Source: Escherichia phage ECML-1
Strand: one strand, 5' to 3'
Length of the DNA: 64,000 nucleotides
Sequence record: OL631478.1
Shown here one piece after another: positions 10,618 through 27,573 of this stretch; within the stretch, counting starts at the first letter, position 1; every line of letters begins with the position of its first letter. The notes under the pieces are model-generated. The model searched no databases. It was not told the DNA's origin and saw nothing but the letters and a program-made list of their open reading frames with translations. The position numbers and the translations under genes were made by a program.

Positions 10618-11016
10618 ATGAAAACAGAATCTAGAGTAATTAATGGTAAGAAAGTAAATATCGTTCTGCTTGGGGCAAGAGATGGTATTAAGATGTCTAT
10701 GAAGTTGGGTAAAATTGTTGTTCCAACTTTTGCACAGATGCTGTCAAGTCTGACTGACAAGGGTAAGAAAGAAGCTCCAATGGTTCCATTTAAAGAACTT
10801 GTTGAAGCTTGTTTTGACAGAATTGAAGAAATTAACCTTGAAGAGATGGCTACCCTGTTATTTCAAGGGGCAACTGTTGATGACTTCCCACTTAATATTG
10901 ATACATACTTCCAAGCAAACTATGGTGAATTTATTGATTACTTAGCATTTGCGCTGGAGGCAAACTTCGGAAGTTTTTTCGAAGCAAGCATTTTCAAAAG
11001 CCTAACTTCTCAGTAA
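10618..11016 (+). CDS. Tail assembly chaperone (G-like)
   Basis: 132 aa ORF between tube and tape measure; contains T_TTT_TTC slippery heptamer near its 3' end. Confidence 0.5.
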   Translation: MKTESRVINGKKVNIVLLGARDGIKMSMKLGKIVVPTFAQMLSSLTDKGKKEAPMVPFKELVEACFDRIEEINLEEMATLLFQGATVDDFPLNIDTYFQANYGEFIDYLAFALEANFGSFFEASIFKSLTSQ

Positions 11017-11018
11017 AC

Positions 11019-11257
11019 ATGGGTAACACTCTACAGACACCACTAACTGATGCTGCTGTAGAGGCAACCTATGAAGAAGCAGACGAGATGAAATTTGTGC
11101 TTGCTATTTATGGTATGGAAGGGTGTAAAGAAACACTTGACCAACTCTTTGCTATGACATTCTCTGATTTATTATCATTGAGACAATTTCTTGAAATTCA
11201 GAGGTCGTATAAAGAGGAAATTGCTTACAACGAACTTAGAAGAGCAGGAAAAATGTA

Positions 11258-11258
<1 letters not shown>
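11019..11258 (+). CDS. Tail assembly chaperone extension (T-like, probably expressed as -1 frameshift fusion)
   Basis: 79 aa ORF in -1 frame relative to upstream chaperone; -1 frame is open from slippery site at 10974-10980 into this ORF. Confidence 0.45.
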
Positions 11259-19277
<8,019 letters not shown>

Positions 19278-19279
19278 TA

Positions 19280-20467
19280 ATGGCAGTAGGTGAAATTCAA
19301 ATTAGTGCCTTGCCTCAAGCAGCCTTACCAATTGACCTTAGTGATATCTTCCATCTTAAGCAGGGTATTGAGGATAAGAGATGTACTCTTGAGCAATTAC
19401 TTGCTCCACACTCAAGCCTAAGAAATAACCCTCATGGTGTGACTAAAACACAAATTGGTTTAGATAACGTTATTAATGCTCTTCAGTTAGTTGCTGCAAA
19501 TAACTTATCAGACGTTACTAATGTAGCTCAGGCAAGAGCAAATCTACAGATTATGTCTTCAGAAGAGGTTAATAATCTTGTTCAACAGCATATTCAGGAC
19601 AAGAGCAACCCACATAATACAACTAAGGCACAGGTAGGATTGAGTAATGTTCAGAACTGGACAACATCGAATCTTTATAACGAAGATGCAGACAAGTACG
19701 CTACAGCAAGAGCAGTAAATAACTTGTACAAGGCTGTTCAGGCTTCCTATCCAGTAGGTACTATCCATCTTTCCATGAACTCTGCAAACCCTTCTACATA
19801 TTTAATTTGTGGAGGAACTTGGGAGTTAGTTTCAAAAGGTAGAGCATTGGTTGGTTATGACTCTGATACAAGACCAGCAGGCTCTGTATTTGGTGCTTCA
19901 ACTGTCACTTTGTCAGTTAATAACATGCCACAACACTCACACTCTGTGTCTCTTAGTGGTGGTGGTCACACTCATAATGCAACTGTGTCAATTTCAGCTT
20001 TTGATTATGGAAATAAGACTACCAACTCTTTTGACTATGGAACAAAGACCACTAACACGACTGGTAACCACAACCATGTTGGCAGTGGGTCAACAAGTGC
20101 TGCTGGTGCTCACAACCACAGATTGACCTATGAATCAGGTGGTGGTTTATCTGAAAGACCTGCAATGGTTTGGTCTTCAAGAAATGACCAATCATGGTAC
20201 TCAGCAGATGCTGTCTGTGAAGTCGCTGGTGCTCACAGCCACTCTTTCAGTGTTACCACTAACACGACTGGTAACCACAACCATACGGTTGGTATTGGTG
20301 CTCACAGCCACACAGTTGGTATTGGTTCACATACACACAATGGTACTGTAACAGTTTCTTCTTCTGAACATACGCATAGCGGGAACACTAATAGCGTTGG
20401 TGGTGGACAAGCTTTCAACATTGAGCAGCCATCCTTTGTACTGTATGTATGGCAGAGAACAGCTTAA
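19280..20467 (+). CDS. Tail fiber protein with His-rich (HxH) C-terminal module
   Basis: Repeated GNHNH / AHSHTVGIG motifs; C-terminal ...QPSFVLYVWQRTA shared with downstream fiber. Confidence 0.7.
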   Translation: MAVGEIQISALPQAALPIDLSDIFHLKQGIEDKRCTLEQLLAPHSSLRNNPHGVTKTQIGLDNVINALQLVAANNLSDVTNVAQARANLQIMSSEEVNNLVQQHIQDKSNPHNTTKAQVGLSNVQNWTTSNLYNEDADKYATARAVNNLYKAVQASYPVGTIHLSMNSANPSTYLICGGTWELVSKGRALVGYDSDTRPAGSVFGASTVTLSVNNMPQHSHSVSLSGGGHTHNATVSISAFDYGNKTTNSFDYGTKTTNTTGNHNHVGSGSTSAAGAHNHRLTYESGGGLSERPAMVWSSRNDQSWYSADAVCEVAGAHSHSFSVTTNTTGNHNHTVGIGAHSHTVGIGSHTHNGTVTVSSSEHTHSGNTNSVGGGQAFNIEQPSFVLYVWQRTA

Positions 20468-20477
20468 TTTCTTTACA

Positions 20478-20497
20478 GGGGCTTTATAGCCCCTTTT
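20478..20497 (+). terminator. Rho-independent terminator between the two tail fiber genes
   Basis: GGGGCT-TTAT-AGCCCC hairpin followed by TTTT. Confidence 0.55.
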
Positions 20498-20513
20498 AAG
20501 AGGAAAATTTATA

Positions 20514-22898
20514 ATGGCAGATTACAAGTTGAGTGAATTAAACTCAATCGATACAATCCGTTCAGACGACCTTCTTCATGTCAGGGTTAAAAAGAGACCT
20601 GAAATGCTGGGTGATGAAGACCGTCGAATGACCTATCAAGACTTCTTAGCATCTTTTAAACTTGAAAGATTTGTTCAGATTGCTGGTAGCACTATGGCGG
20701 GTGACTTAGGGATTGTTAAGTTACTTTATGGTGGTAAGGTAGTCTTTGACCCAACAGGCTCTTCTGAGATTACTATTGGGGATGTTTTAAAGTCTTTTAA
20801 AATCAATGCAAATGGCCTTAAACTAACTATTGCAGACGCTTCAAGGTCGGCAACTGTTTATCATACTCTGAATAAACCAAGCCCTAATGAACTTGGGATG
20901 AGAACTAATGAAGAGAATGATGCAAGATATGCAAGGCTTGCTGTGAATAATACCTTTAGAGGTACTCAAGCTATCCTCTCTGACAATGAAGCACTCATTA
21001 TTAAAAATATCACTCAAGGAGCACCACTCTATCTTCGTGGTCAAGATGCAGATGGCACTAACAGATGGTATCTAGGTAATGATAATAGGGGCACACATAA
21101 CCTTGTATTGAAGAATGTAAAAACTGACGTTTCAATTGCTATTTTAGAAAATTTGGTGACAGTCAATAGAACTCTTCAAATTGCTGGTCAAGTTCAGCCT
21201 TCAAGTTTTGCTAACTTAGATGCTAGATACTTTACTCAGACAGCAGCTAATCAGAGATTTGCGCAGTTAGCTGGCAATAATACATTTAGTGGTTCTAATA
21301 TTTTCACTAATTTTGTTATTAAGAAGAATGCTAATGCTATTACTATTCAAAATGTAGATACAACTACGGCTTTGTATATCCAAGCAAGGAAATCAGATGG
21401 AACTAATAAGTGGTACATTGGTAATGATGGTGATGAAAACATTGTAAACATCTATAACTATTTAGCAAAAACACAAATCTCATTAGGTAACACCATTACC
21501 ATGAGCAGAACAGTCCAAATTGGTGGTCAAGTTCAACCTTCTGATTGGTCTAACATTGATTCTCGATACATTCCAGCAGCTACTTTGAGTAATCTTGCTA
21601 AGATTAATGTGGCTAACACTTTTACAAATGTGCAGACTATTGTATCTAACAATGAAGGTCTAGTGTTGAGGAACTTAACACAGGGGCAGCCACAATATAT
21701 CCGTGGTGTTGATACTGCGAATGTATCTAGGTGGTGGGTAGGTGTAGGTGGCACAAATTCTACTGATGTAGCCTTAAACAACAGCTACTCTGGGACTCAA
21801 ATTACTCTTATGCCTTCAGCGATTAAGGCTAATAAGAATCTAACCATCACTGGTCAAGTTCAACCTTCTGATTGGTCTAACTTAGATGCTAGATATTTTG
21901 TTAAAACTCAGTTATTAAACCAATCTTTAATGACTGTCTCTGTAGATAACCTTGAAAACCCTTCAGGTTTTAATCTTGGATATTCAGGTTTTGTCAGAAA
22001 CAATGCGGTTACTAGTGGACTGAAAGAATTGGCAATTCATGTTGCGCACTCTAATAAGACTGCTGCACATGCAAGAGGAATCTCTTTTGTGTATGGCTCA
22101 AATGGACTGGCAACATTTACCTATGCCTATGACAAAAATGGTGACTATGCTGGAGAAGCACAGATTTATACAACTGATTTTAAACCAACCCCTTCAGATA
22201 TTGGTGCATACACTAAAGCTGAAACTGACCAGAAGATTGCACAGGCAGTAAGTGACTCTACAGACCTTAATAAAATCTATCCAGTAGGTATTGTAACGTG
22301 GTTTAACAGTAATGTTGACCCTAATACAGCACTTCCTGGGTTAACTTGGACGTACCTGAACAATGGTGTTGGTAGAACTATCAGAATTGCAGCAGCAAAC
22401 GGTTCAGATGTTGCTACAACTGGTGGTTCAGATTCTGTGACGTTAGCTGTTGGGAACTTACCATCACATACCCATAGTTTCTCTGCTACCACTTCATCTT
22501 TTGATTATGGTACGAAGGGAACTAACAGTACTGGTGGTCATTCTCACTCTGTAAGTGGTACAACAAGTGCTGCTGGCAACCACGCTCACCACTTAGGTCT
22601 GTTATTAGTTAACGGTGGTGATGCTTTGTACGGGTATACAACCGTTGGTAACAGCCTGCCTAGAACACTTGACTGGCTTGACAGAAGAGACAATAAATTC
22701 CCTAACACTAACACAACTGGTAACCATACACATACATGGTCTGGTACTACAAGCGGTGCTGGTGACCATTCCCACTCTGTAGGTATTGGTGCTCATAGCC
22801 ACACAGTTAGTGGTAATACTGGTAGTACAGGTTCTGGTTCAGCATTTAGTGTTACTAACCAGTTCTACAAATTAATGGCTTGGGTGAGAACTGCTTAA
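20514..22898 (+). CDS. Long tail fiber protein with internal tandem triplication and His-rich C-terminal module
   Basis: 794 aa; three ~108 aa repeats each ending GQVQPS(D/S)(W/F)(S/A)N(L/I)D(A/S)RY; C-terminus GHSHSVSG...AHSHTVSG...[11 protein letters not shown] parallels the upstream fiber. Confidence 0.75.
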   Translation: MADYKLSELNSIDTIRSDDLLHVRVKKRPEMLGDEDRRMTYQDFLASFKLERFVQIAGSTMAGDLGIVKLLYGGKVVFDPTGSSEITIGDVLKSFKINANGLKLTIADASRSATVYHTLNKPSPNELGMRTNEENDARYARLAVNNTFRGTQAILSDNEALIIKNITQGAPLYLRGQDADGTNRWYLGNDNRGTHNLVLKNVKTDVSIAILENLVTVNRTLQIAGQVQPSSFANLDARYFTQTAANQRFAQLAGNNTFSGSNIFTNFVIKKNANAITIQNVDTTTALYIQARKSDGTNKWYIGNDGDENIVNIYNYLAKTQISLGNTITMSRTVQIGGQVQPSDWSNIDSRYIPAATLSNLAKINVANTFTNVQTIVSNNEGLVLRNLTQGQPQYIRGVDTANVSRWWVGVGGTNSTDVALNNSYSGTQITLMPSAIKANKNLTITGQVQPSDWSNLDARYFVKTQLLNQSLMTVSVDNLENPSGFNLGYSGFVRNNAVTSGLKELAIHVAHSNKTAAHARGISFVYGSNGLATFTYAYDKNGDYAGEAQIYTTDFKPTPSDIGAYTKAETDQKIAQAVSDSTDLNKIYPVGIVTWFNSNVDPNTALPGLTWTYLNNGVGRTIRIAAANGSDVATTGGSDSVTLAVGNLPSHTHSFSATTSSFDYGTKGTNSTGGHSHSVSGTTSAAGNHAHHLGLLLVNGGDALYGYTTVGNSLPRTLDWLDRRDNKFPNTNTTGNHTHTWSGTTSGAGDHSHSVGIGAHSHTVSGNTGSTGSGSAFSVTNQFYKLMAWVRTA

Positions 22899-22905
22899 TC
22901 CCTTG

Positions 22906-22934
22906 TTGACTGATTGTTAAGATGGTGTTAATAT
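22906..22934 (+). promoter_or_regulatory. Candidate sigma70-like promoter upstream of small membrane-protein genes
   Basis: TTGACT - 17 nt - TAATAT. Confidence 0.3.
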
Positions 22935-22977
22935 TCTTTATGGGTATTCTCACCATCTTGGCTGATGAGGTGATTAA

Positions 22978-23172
22978 ATGCCTACAATCCTAGCAATTCT
23001 TCTAAAAAATCTAGGTAGCTTCTTCTGGAAACTCATTTTATCCCTTCTAAGTGAATACATGATTGAGAAAGTGTTCTTTAGGCTTGCAAGATACCTTGCG
23101 AGTAAAACAGACACACCTATTGATGATGAGTTCGTAGATAACTTAGAAAAAGCTTTTAAGGGGGAGAAATAA
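22978..23172 (+). CDS. Small hydrophobic protein (possible holin-like)
   Basis: 64 aa, hydrophobic N-terminal half, GAGGTGA RBS 5 nt upstream of ATG. Confidence 0.4.
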   Translation: MPTILAILLKNLGSFFWKLILSLLSEYMIEKVFFRLARYLASKTDTPIDDEFVDNLEKAFKGEK

Positions 23173-23544
23173 ATGAAGTGGCTAGAGGAAGCTTTTAAAA
23201 ATAATATTGGTGCAATTGTAGTTGGTATTTTTAGTGTTATTGGGATGTATACCACCATGCAAGTCTCGGATGGTAAACAAGAAGTGTCTATCACAACAAA
23301 GTTACAGCAGTTAGATAATTATTCCAAAAGTAATTATTCAGCTATTCGTGATTTACAGTCTGATATGAGGCTGCTTCAGCTAGGGATGGAGAACCAGAAA
23401 GTTCAGTTAGAGAATGTTAAGGGTGAGAACGCAAAACTTACTAAAACCCTTGATAAATTCTCTGATAGTGTGAACAATCTGGCTCAATCAGTATCAGCCC
23501 TCCAAGCTATTACTGAAAAGAACACAAAGAGTACTGAAAAGTAA
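23173..23544 (+). CDS. Membrane-anchored coiled-coil protein (possible lysis/holin-associated)
   Basis: 123 aa; N-terminal TM segment IGAIVVGIFSVIGMY followed by heptad-rich periplasmic-like region. Confidence 0.4.
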   Translation: MKWLEEAFKNNIGAIVVGIFSVIGMYTTMQVSDGKQEVSITTKLQQLDNYSKSNYSAIRDLQSDMRLLQLGMENQKVQLENVKGENAKLTKTLDKFSDSVNNLAQSVSALQAITEKNTKSTEK

Positions 23545-23550
23545 AGTTTA

Positions 23551-23577
23551 AGGCTCCTTTTTACGGGAGCCTTTTTT
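23551..23577. terminator. Bidirectional intrinsic terminator between convergent late (+) and early (-) gene blocks
   Basis: AGGCTCC-TTTTTAC-GGGAGCCT hairpin followed by TTTTTT on + strand; sits between convergent stops at 23544 and 23581. Confidence 0.6.
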
Positions 23578-23580
23578 GTT

Positions 23581-24480
23581 TTATTTACCTACTGACAAAG
23601 GTGCTTCAATCTTTCCTGCATGTTTGTAGTTGTTGATGCCACCAATAAAGTCACTTGCAGTAAGATGTTTTAAGTCACTTAAGGTGTTAAGTTGTACACC
23701 AATCTCAAAAGTAGGTGCATGGAACTCTTCATTGTTCATCAGTTCATAAACCTGCTTCATATGGTTCTGGTAAATCTGAGTATCCCCAAAGACACCTATC
23801 AAGTATCGTGGAGTGTATCCAGTCATCTTACAAAGAACTTCCAGAATAAAACCATAAGACGCAATATTAAATGGAAGTCCTAAAAAGGTGTCTACAGAAC
23901 GTTGATACCATTGTAAATCAACTTCACCTTCGTTAGTGATATAAATCTGAAACAGAACATGACAAGGTGCTAAAGCCATCGAGTTGGCTGCAATATCTGC
24001 TGCATTCCAAGCATTAACAAGCATGTAACGGTCTGTGATATCACCTTTCATCTTCGTTACTAAGGTCTCTAACTGGTCTACAACACAACCATTATGACCT
24101 TCAAAGTTTCTCCACTGAACCCCGTAGATTCTCCCACCTGCATCTTCTAACCAGTCTTGCTCAGAAGAATAGTTAGAGCTTAACCAACGTTTAAAATCAT
24201 CTGACCAGATAGTCCAACGTTCTCCATCATTTTCACCCCAAGTGCGATAACGGAGTTCACCAAGTTTATTCTCACCATTCAGGAACCATAAAGCTTCCCC
24301 AATAACTTGCCGCGTAAACACCTGTTTAGAGGTTAAGAGTGGGAAACCAGTTCTCATATCAAAACGAAACTGTGGTGGAGCAAATGCAGAGATAACATCT
24401 CCAGTTCGTGTAGTACGCAGTTCACCAACGGATAAAACATGGTTCAGGATATTTTTGTAACTCAAATCAGCTTGTGACAT
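23581..24480 (-). CDS. thyA: Thymidylate synthase (ThyA family)
   Basis: MALAPCH active-site Cys motif, YQRSVDTFLGLPFNIASY (Asp and Asn specificity residues retained), N-terminal RTTRTGD; DHFR encoded immediately downstream. Confidence 0.85.
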   Translation of the reverse strand: MSQADLSYKNILNHVLSVGELRTTRTGDVISAFAPPQFRFDMRTGFPLLTSKQVFTRQVIGEALWFLNGENKLGELRYRTWGENDGERWTIWSDDFKRWLSSNYSSEQDWLEDAGGRIYGVQWRNFEGHNGCVVDQLETLVTKMKGDITDRYMLVNAWNAADIAANSMALAPCHVLFQIYITNEGEVDLQWYQRSVDTFLGLPFNIASYGFILEVLCKMTGYTPRYLIGVFGDTQIYQNHMKQVYELMNNEEFHAPTFEIGVQLNTLSDLKHLTASDFIGGINNYKHAGKIEAPLSVGK

Positions 24481-24481
24481 A

Positions 24482-25027
24482 TCAAAAGTGTCCTTTTACT
24501 TGTGGAACATAAATTTCAAAAGTTGCTTTACCATCCTCTGATGGTTTTGACTGTACCTTTGTAAATACACGGTTATCATACAGCTTCTCAAAGAAGTCTT
24601 CAAAAGGTAAATGTACAGTGACCTCTTCAGTAACTTTATGGAAAACAGTATGGAACACTACATCAGCATATGGTAAAGCATTGACAAGGACACCTGCACC
24701 ACCAATTACAAAGACATCTTCATCAATAGAGCTATCAAGATACTTCAAAAATGCTCCAAATGACTCTTTACTGGCTTTAGCATACATTACATCATCTTTG
24801 CCAAAGTCTATGCCTAAGTATGGTACAGAATTTGTTAAGATGAGGTTTGCACGTTCTGGTAAAGGCTTACTCCCCAGAGTCTTGAAAGTCTCATTACCCA
24901 TCACTACTAAGTTATTTTTAGTGAGTCTCTTAAACTCTTGCATGTCCTGTTTATGTCGAGGCCACGGCATACCAGTTGGAGTACCAAACTCACCATTTTC
25001 ACCACTTGCAAAGATTAATTTAATCAT
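24482..25027 (-). CDS. frd: Dihydrofolate reductase
   Basis: N-terminal MIKLIFASGENGEFG...MPW...LVVMGNETFKTLG...LPERANLILT pattern matching DHFR family. Confidence 0.8.
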   Translation of the reverse strand: MIKLIFASGENGEFGTPTGMPWPRHKQDMQEFKRLTKNNLVVMGNETFKTLGSKPLPERANLILTNSVPYLGIDFGKDDVMYAKASKESFGAFLKYLDSSIDEDVFVIGGAGVLVNALPYADVVFHTVFHKVTEEVTVHLPFEDFFEKLYDNRVFTKVQSKPSEDGKATFEIYVPQVKGHF

Positions 25028-25284
25028 TTTGTAAACCCTTTCTTAATGAACCAGTTGATGACACTCTTCACAACTTTACTACGATGGTAGATAAAATGTG
25101 GAGAGGGTTGGTATGAACCATAAGCCCAGAAAGCGATAATTTCATTACACCCTGTGCATCGGGTACTTTCTTCAGCAATATGACCGTTGACTATTTCACT
25201 TACCTCACCTTGTAAGTCTGTACACCCACAATGTGGACAACGGATAGGTGTTCCATCAGACTCATAGCAGTGTTCAATTTTCAT
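25024..25284 (-). CDS. Small zinc-ribbon protein
   Basis: 86 aa with CPHCGC...CTGC cysteine pairs. Confidence 0.45.
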   Translation of the reverse strand: MKIEHCYESDGTPIRCPHCGCTDLQGEVSEIVNGHIAEESTRCTGCNEIIAFWAYGSYQPSPHFIYHRSKVVKSVINWFIKKGFTK

Positions 25285-25800
25285 CTATTTAACCTCAAAA
25301 ACTGGTTCAAGAACCAATATAAAGTCTACACAGTCATCTTCTTCATCCAGAATACCATCAAAGTTCTTAGGAATGAAGTCGAAGAGGCTCATAACAAAAC
25401 AGTCAGAGGTAACCTTTATAGTTCCTCCCATGTTCTCTACAGTTAACACTGTGCGACTTTCTTTTACCTCCCTCAGAAGATTACCCACAAAGTCATCTAA
25501 GAAGTACTTCATCAATGACTTAAAACCTTTAGGATAATCTGTACCAGAGTATGTTTCAATCTGAGGTACAAGCTTAACATTTATACTGGTCTTTGTTAAG
25601 AATGCACTAGAGAACATACTATCAGGTAGCTTACAAACAGTCTTTCCAGTACCTTCATGTTCAATCTCAACAAAACCAGCTTCATCGCCACATGTAACTA
25701 TTTTAAAAGATGCTTCATTCTCATACTGTGAAGCCATAAACTTTTTAAGCATTTCTTTAAGGAAATCTGCATGAGCATCTTGTAAGTAGATATCAATCAT
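25285..25800 (-). CDS. Hypothetical protein
   Basis: 171 aa ORF in tightly packed minus-strand operon. Confidence 0.45.
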   Translation of the reverse strand: MIDIYLQDAHADFLKEMLKKFMASQYENEASFKIVTCGDEAGFVEIEHEGTGKTVCKLPDSMFSSAFLTKTSINVKLVPQIETYSGTDYPKGFKSLMKYFLDDFVGNLLREVKESRTVLTVENMGGTIKVTSDCFVMSLFDFIPKNFDGILDEEDDCVDFILVLEPVFEVK

Positions 25801-25813
25801 AGTTAATCACCTA

Positions 25814-26173
25814 TTATGGGAACAGACACTTAATGTCATCATTTTTGAAAACGAAACTTGTGTAGTTGTGACCGTCAACATCCAGCCAAACAGCCTGAAC
25901 ATCTACACCATCAAGATTCTGGTAAAGCTCTTTGATGAAGTGGTCTTTCACAACCTGACTGCTAGTTGTTTCCAGCTTAATGTTTGAGATTGCTGAGCCT
26001 ACAGCCATATAGCCCATGACACGTTTCTTCTCAGTGTGCTTAATCTTACCATCTTTGTAAGCCATAATGAGATTGGAGAGAATCTTCACACCATAATACT
26101 TTTCAAGGTGAGTTGGTACGCCATAAAAGCCTAATGCGAAGTTTTCAGAGTGGATAATGTTTTCACGTTTCAT
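25814..26173 (-). CDS. Hypothetical protein
   Basis: 119 aa ORF. Confidence 0.45.
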   Translation of the reverse strand: MKRENIIHSENFALGFYGVPTHLEKYYGVKILSNLIMAYKDGKIKHTEKKRVMGYMAVGSAISNIKLETTSSQVVKDHFIKELYQNLDGVDVQAVWLDVDGHNYTSFVFKNDDIKCLFP

Positions 26174-26174
26174 A

Positions 26175-26504
26175 TTAATCTGCCAACCTTAAATTGAAAT
26201 TAACACCAAATTTTTCACATACTTCCAACATATACTCAAGGGAGACGTTACCAGTGAGATGGATTATGTTGGATACACGAGCCTGAGAGATACCACAAAT
26301 TTTAGCAACTTGCTCTTGAGAAAGACCTCTGGATTTAATCTCTCTCTTAAAACGATGTGCAACGAAGTCTCTCATTTCGTCTACATCCATTGGACAAATA
26401 TAACTCTCCATTTCAGCCTCTCTGTCAGCCTCCCAATCATCTTGTGGAGCATAAGGGTCAAAAACCTCATTCATCTTTCTTCTTCCGTTTTCGTGAAGTG
26501 TCAA
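26175..26504 (-). CDS. Putative HTH DNA-binding protein (true start probably internal Met near 26474)
   Basis: C-terminal LSQEQVAKICGISQARVSNII helix-turn-helix-like segment. Confidence 0.45.
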   Translation of the reverse strand: MTLHENGRRKMNEVFDPYAPQDDWEADREAEMESYICPMDVDEMRDFVAHRFKREIKSRGLSQEQVAKICGISQARVSNIIHLTGNVSLEYMLEVCEKFGVNFNLRLAD

Positions 26505-26679
26505 TCAATGAATCTATGTTTGTAGCCCTAACCTTTTCACGTTCATCATTAAGATAATCATCAAGAGCCTTTTCAATCTGTGAATCATCTTGACAGATAA
26601 CTGTAAAGACTGTAAAGCCGTCTGTATCATCAATTACCTTACCATAACCGCTTCTGGGATGTAACTTTTTAAGAGCCAT
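26467..26679 (-). CDS. Hypothetical small protein
   Basis: 70 aa ORF, basic C-terminus. Confidence 0.35.
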   Translation of the reverse strand: MALKKLHPRSGYGKVIDDTDGFTVFTVICQDDSQIEKALDDYLNDEREKVRATNIDSLIDTSRKRKKKDE

Positions 26680-26680
26680 A

Positions 26681-27064
26681 TCAAATACCTGTGCAGCTTC
26701 TGTTTTCTAAGAAATACTCAACGCCATACATAGCTTTTTGCATCAAATCTTCTTTAAACTGGATACGGTGGTTGAGCATCGCCTGTACATCAATATCATC
26801 ATGGTGTTTCTCTTTAATGTTTGCAGATTGCAGGAAATACTCTGCAAGAACACGATATTGATAGTCAGTCACCTTATCAGTCATCTCTGTTAAAGACTCT
26901 TCAGAGATTGGTTTAAGTAGTTCACCTTTAGATAGAGCAACACCTTTTACAATCTGACAAGTATCCTCTGGGACACCTGATAAGTTCACATTTGGCAGTT
27001 CTGTTGCATTGACTGGTAAATTCATTGCCATAACCATTGCAGCAGCTAATAAAATCTTTTTCAT
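26681..27064 (-). CDS. Secreted/periplasmic hypothetical protein
   Basis: N-terminal signal peptide MKKILLAAAMVMAMNLPVNA; GAGG RBS; candidate promoter upstream. Confidence 0.5.
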   Translation of the reverse strand: MKKILLAAAMVMAMNLPVNATELPNVNLSGVPEDTCQIVKGVALSKGELLKPISEESLTEMTDKVTDYQYRVLAEYFLQSANIKEKHHDDIDVQAMLNHRIQFKEDLMQKAMYGVEYFLENRSCTGI

Positions 27065-27108
27065 AATGACCTCAAAGTTATATTAAATTTTGTATTACAT
27101 TGAGTATA

Positions 27109-27137
27109 AAAATAAGCTATAACACCTGACTTGTCAA
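27109..27137 (-). promoter_or_regulatory. Candidate sigma70-like promoter for gene 26681..27064
   Basis: On minus strand: TTGACA - 17 nt - TATTTT, ~55 nt upstream of start codon. Confidence 0.35.
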
Positions 27138-27161
27138 CAGATTTTATAGCTTATTTGGCAG

Positions 27162-27310
27162 ATTTTTTTATAAGGCTACTGCCATCCTTCCATACCTTAC
27201 CTAACCAAACCGAACCTCACACAACCAGACCGAGCCGCACCCCGCCTTATTAAAAGACCCTCTTAAAGACCTTTTAAAAAGGTAAGTCTCATTTTAATGT
27301 AGCTGAGACT
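27162..27310. repeat. Structured intergenic repeat unit A (X-block hairpin, C+A-rich tract, palindrome IR1)
   Basis: ATTTTTTTATAAGGCTACTGCCATCC block; ~66 nt tract ~77% C+A; palindrome CCTTATTAAAAG-accctcttaaagac-CTTTTAAAAAGG (27245-27282); hairpin AGTCTCA/TGAGACT (27285-27310). Confidence 0.75.
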
Positions 27311-27437
27311 AACTACCCGCACCGAACCTCACCTGACCTGACCGCGCCATACCTAACCGTGCCTTACCACACCTCACTTAAAAACCCTTTTAAAAGACTC
27401 TTAAGTGATGTAATCGAATTTTTATGTAGCTCCGATT
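27311..27437. repeat. Structured intergenic repeat unit B
   Basis: AACTACCC + C+A-rich tract with CCTCACC core; inverted repeat CACTTAA-N19-TTAAGTG (27375-27407); hairpin AATCG/CGATT around conserved ATTTTTATGTAGCT (27412-27437). Confidence 0.75.
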
Positions 27438-27564
27438 AACTACCCATACCTCACTTTACCTAACCTGACCTTACAAGACCGTACCTGACCCGACCCCACC
27501 TCGCAGTACCTTGTTAAAAGACCCTCTTAAAGACCTTTTAAAAAGGAGCCTCCGAAGAGGCTAC
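27438..27564. repeat. Structured intergenic repeat unit C (ends in minus-strand terminator)
   Basis: AACTACCC + C+A-rich tract; palindrome CCTTGTTAAAAG-accctcttaaagac-CTTTTAAAAAGG (27509-27546); terminal hairpin AGCCTC-CGAA-GAGGCT. Confidence 0.75.
27536..27564 (-). terminator. Rho-independent terminator (minus strand) downstream of gene 27574..28014
   Basis: Minus-strand reading: AGCCTC-TTCG-GAGGCT(CC) hairpin followed by TTTTT. Confidence 0.55.
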
Positions 27565-27573
27565 CTAGTCAAC

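Noticed and set aside
19851-20351. Two + strand alternative-frame ORFs (91 and 73 aa) inside the tail fiber gene
   Set aside because: Products are Leu/Val/Thr-rich low-complexity artefacts of the repetitive His-codon-rich fiber sequence read out of frame.
23581-24480. ThyA homolog as a dUMP/dCMP hydroxymethylase (hypermodified-base pathway)
   Set aside because: The Asn of FNIASY and the Asp of RSVDTF are retained as in true thymidylate synthases, and a DHFR gene is directly adjacent; hydroxymethylases would not need DHFR. Not excluded biochemically.
27162-27564. Possibility that the tandem repeats are a CRISPR array
   Set aside because: Units are ~128 bp with internal structure and strong strand-composition bias; no short identical direct repeats separated by unique spacers, no cas genes.
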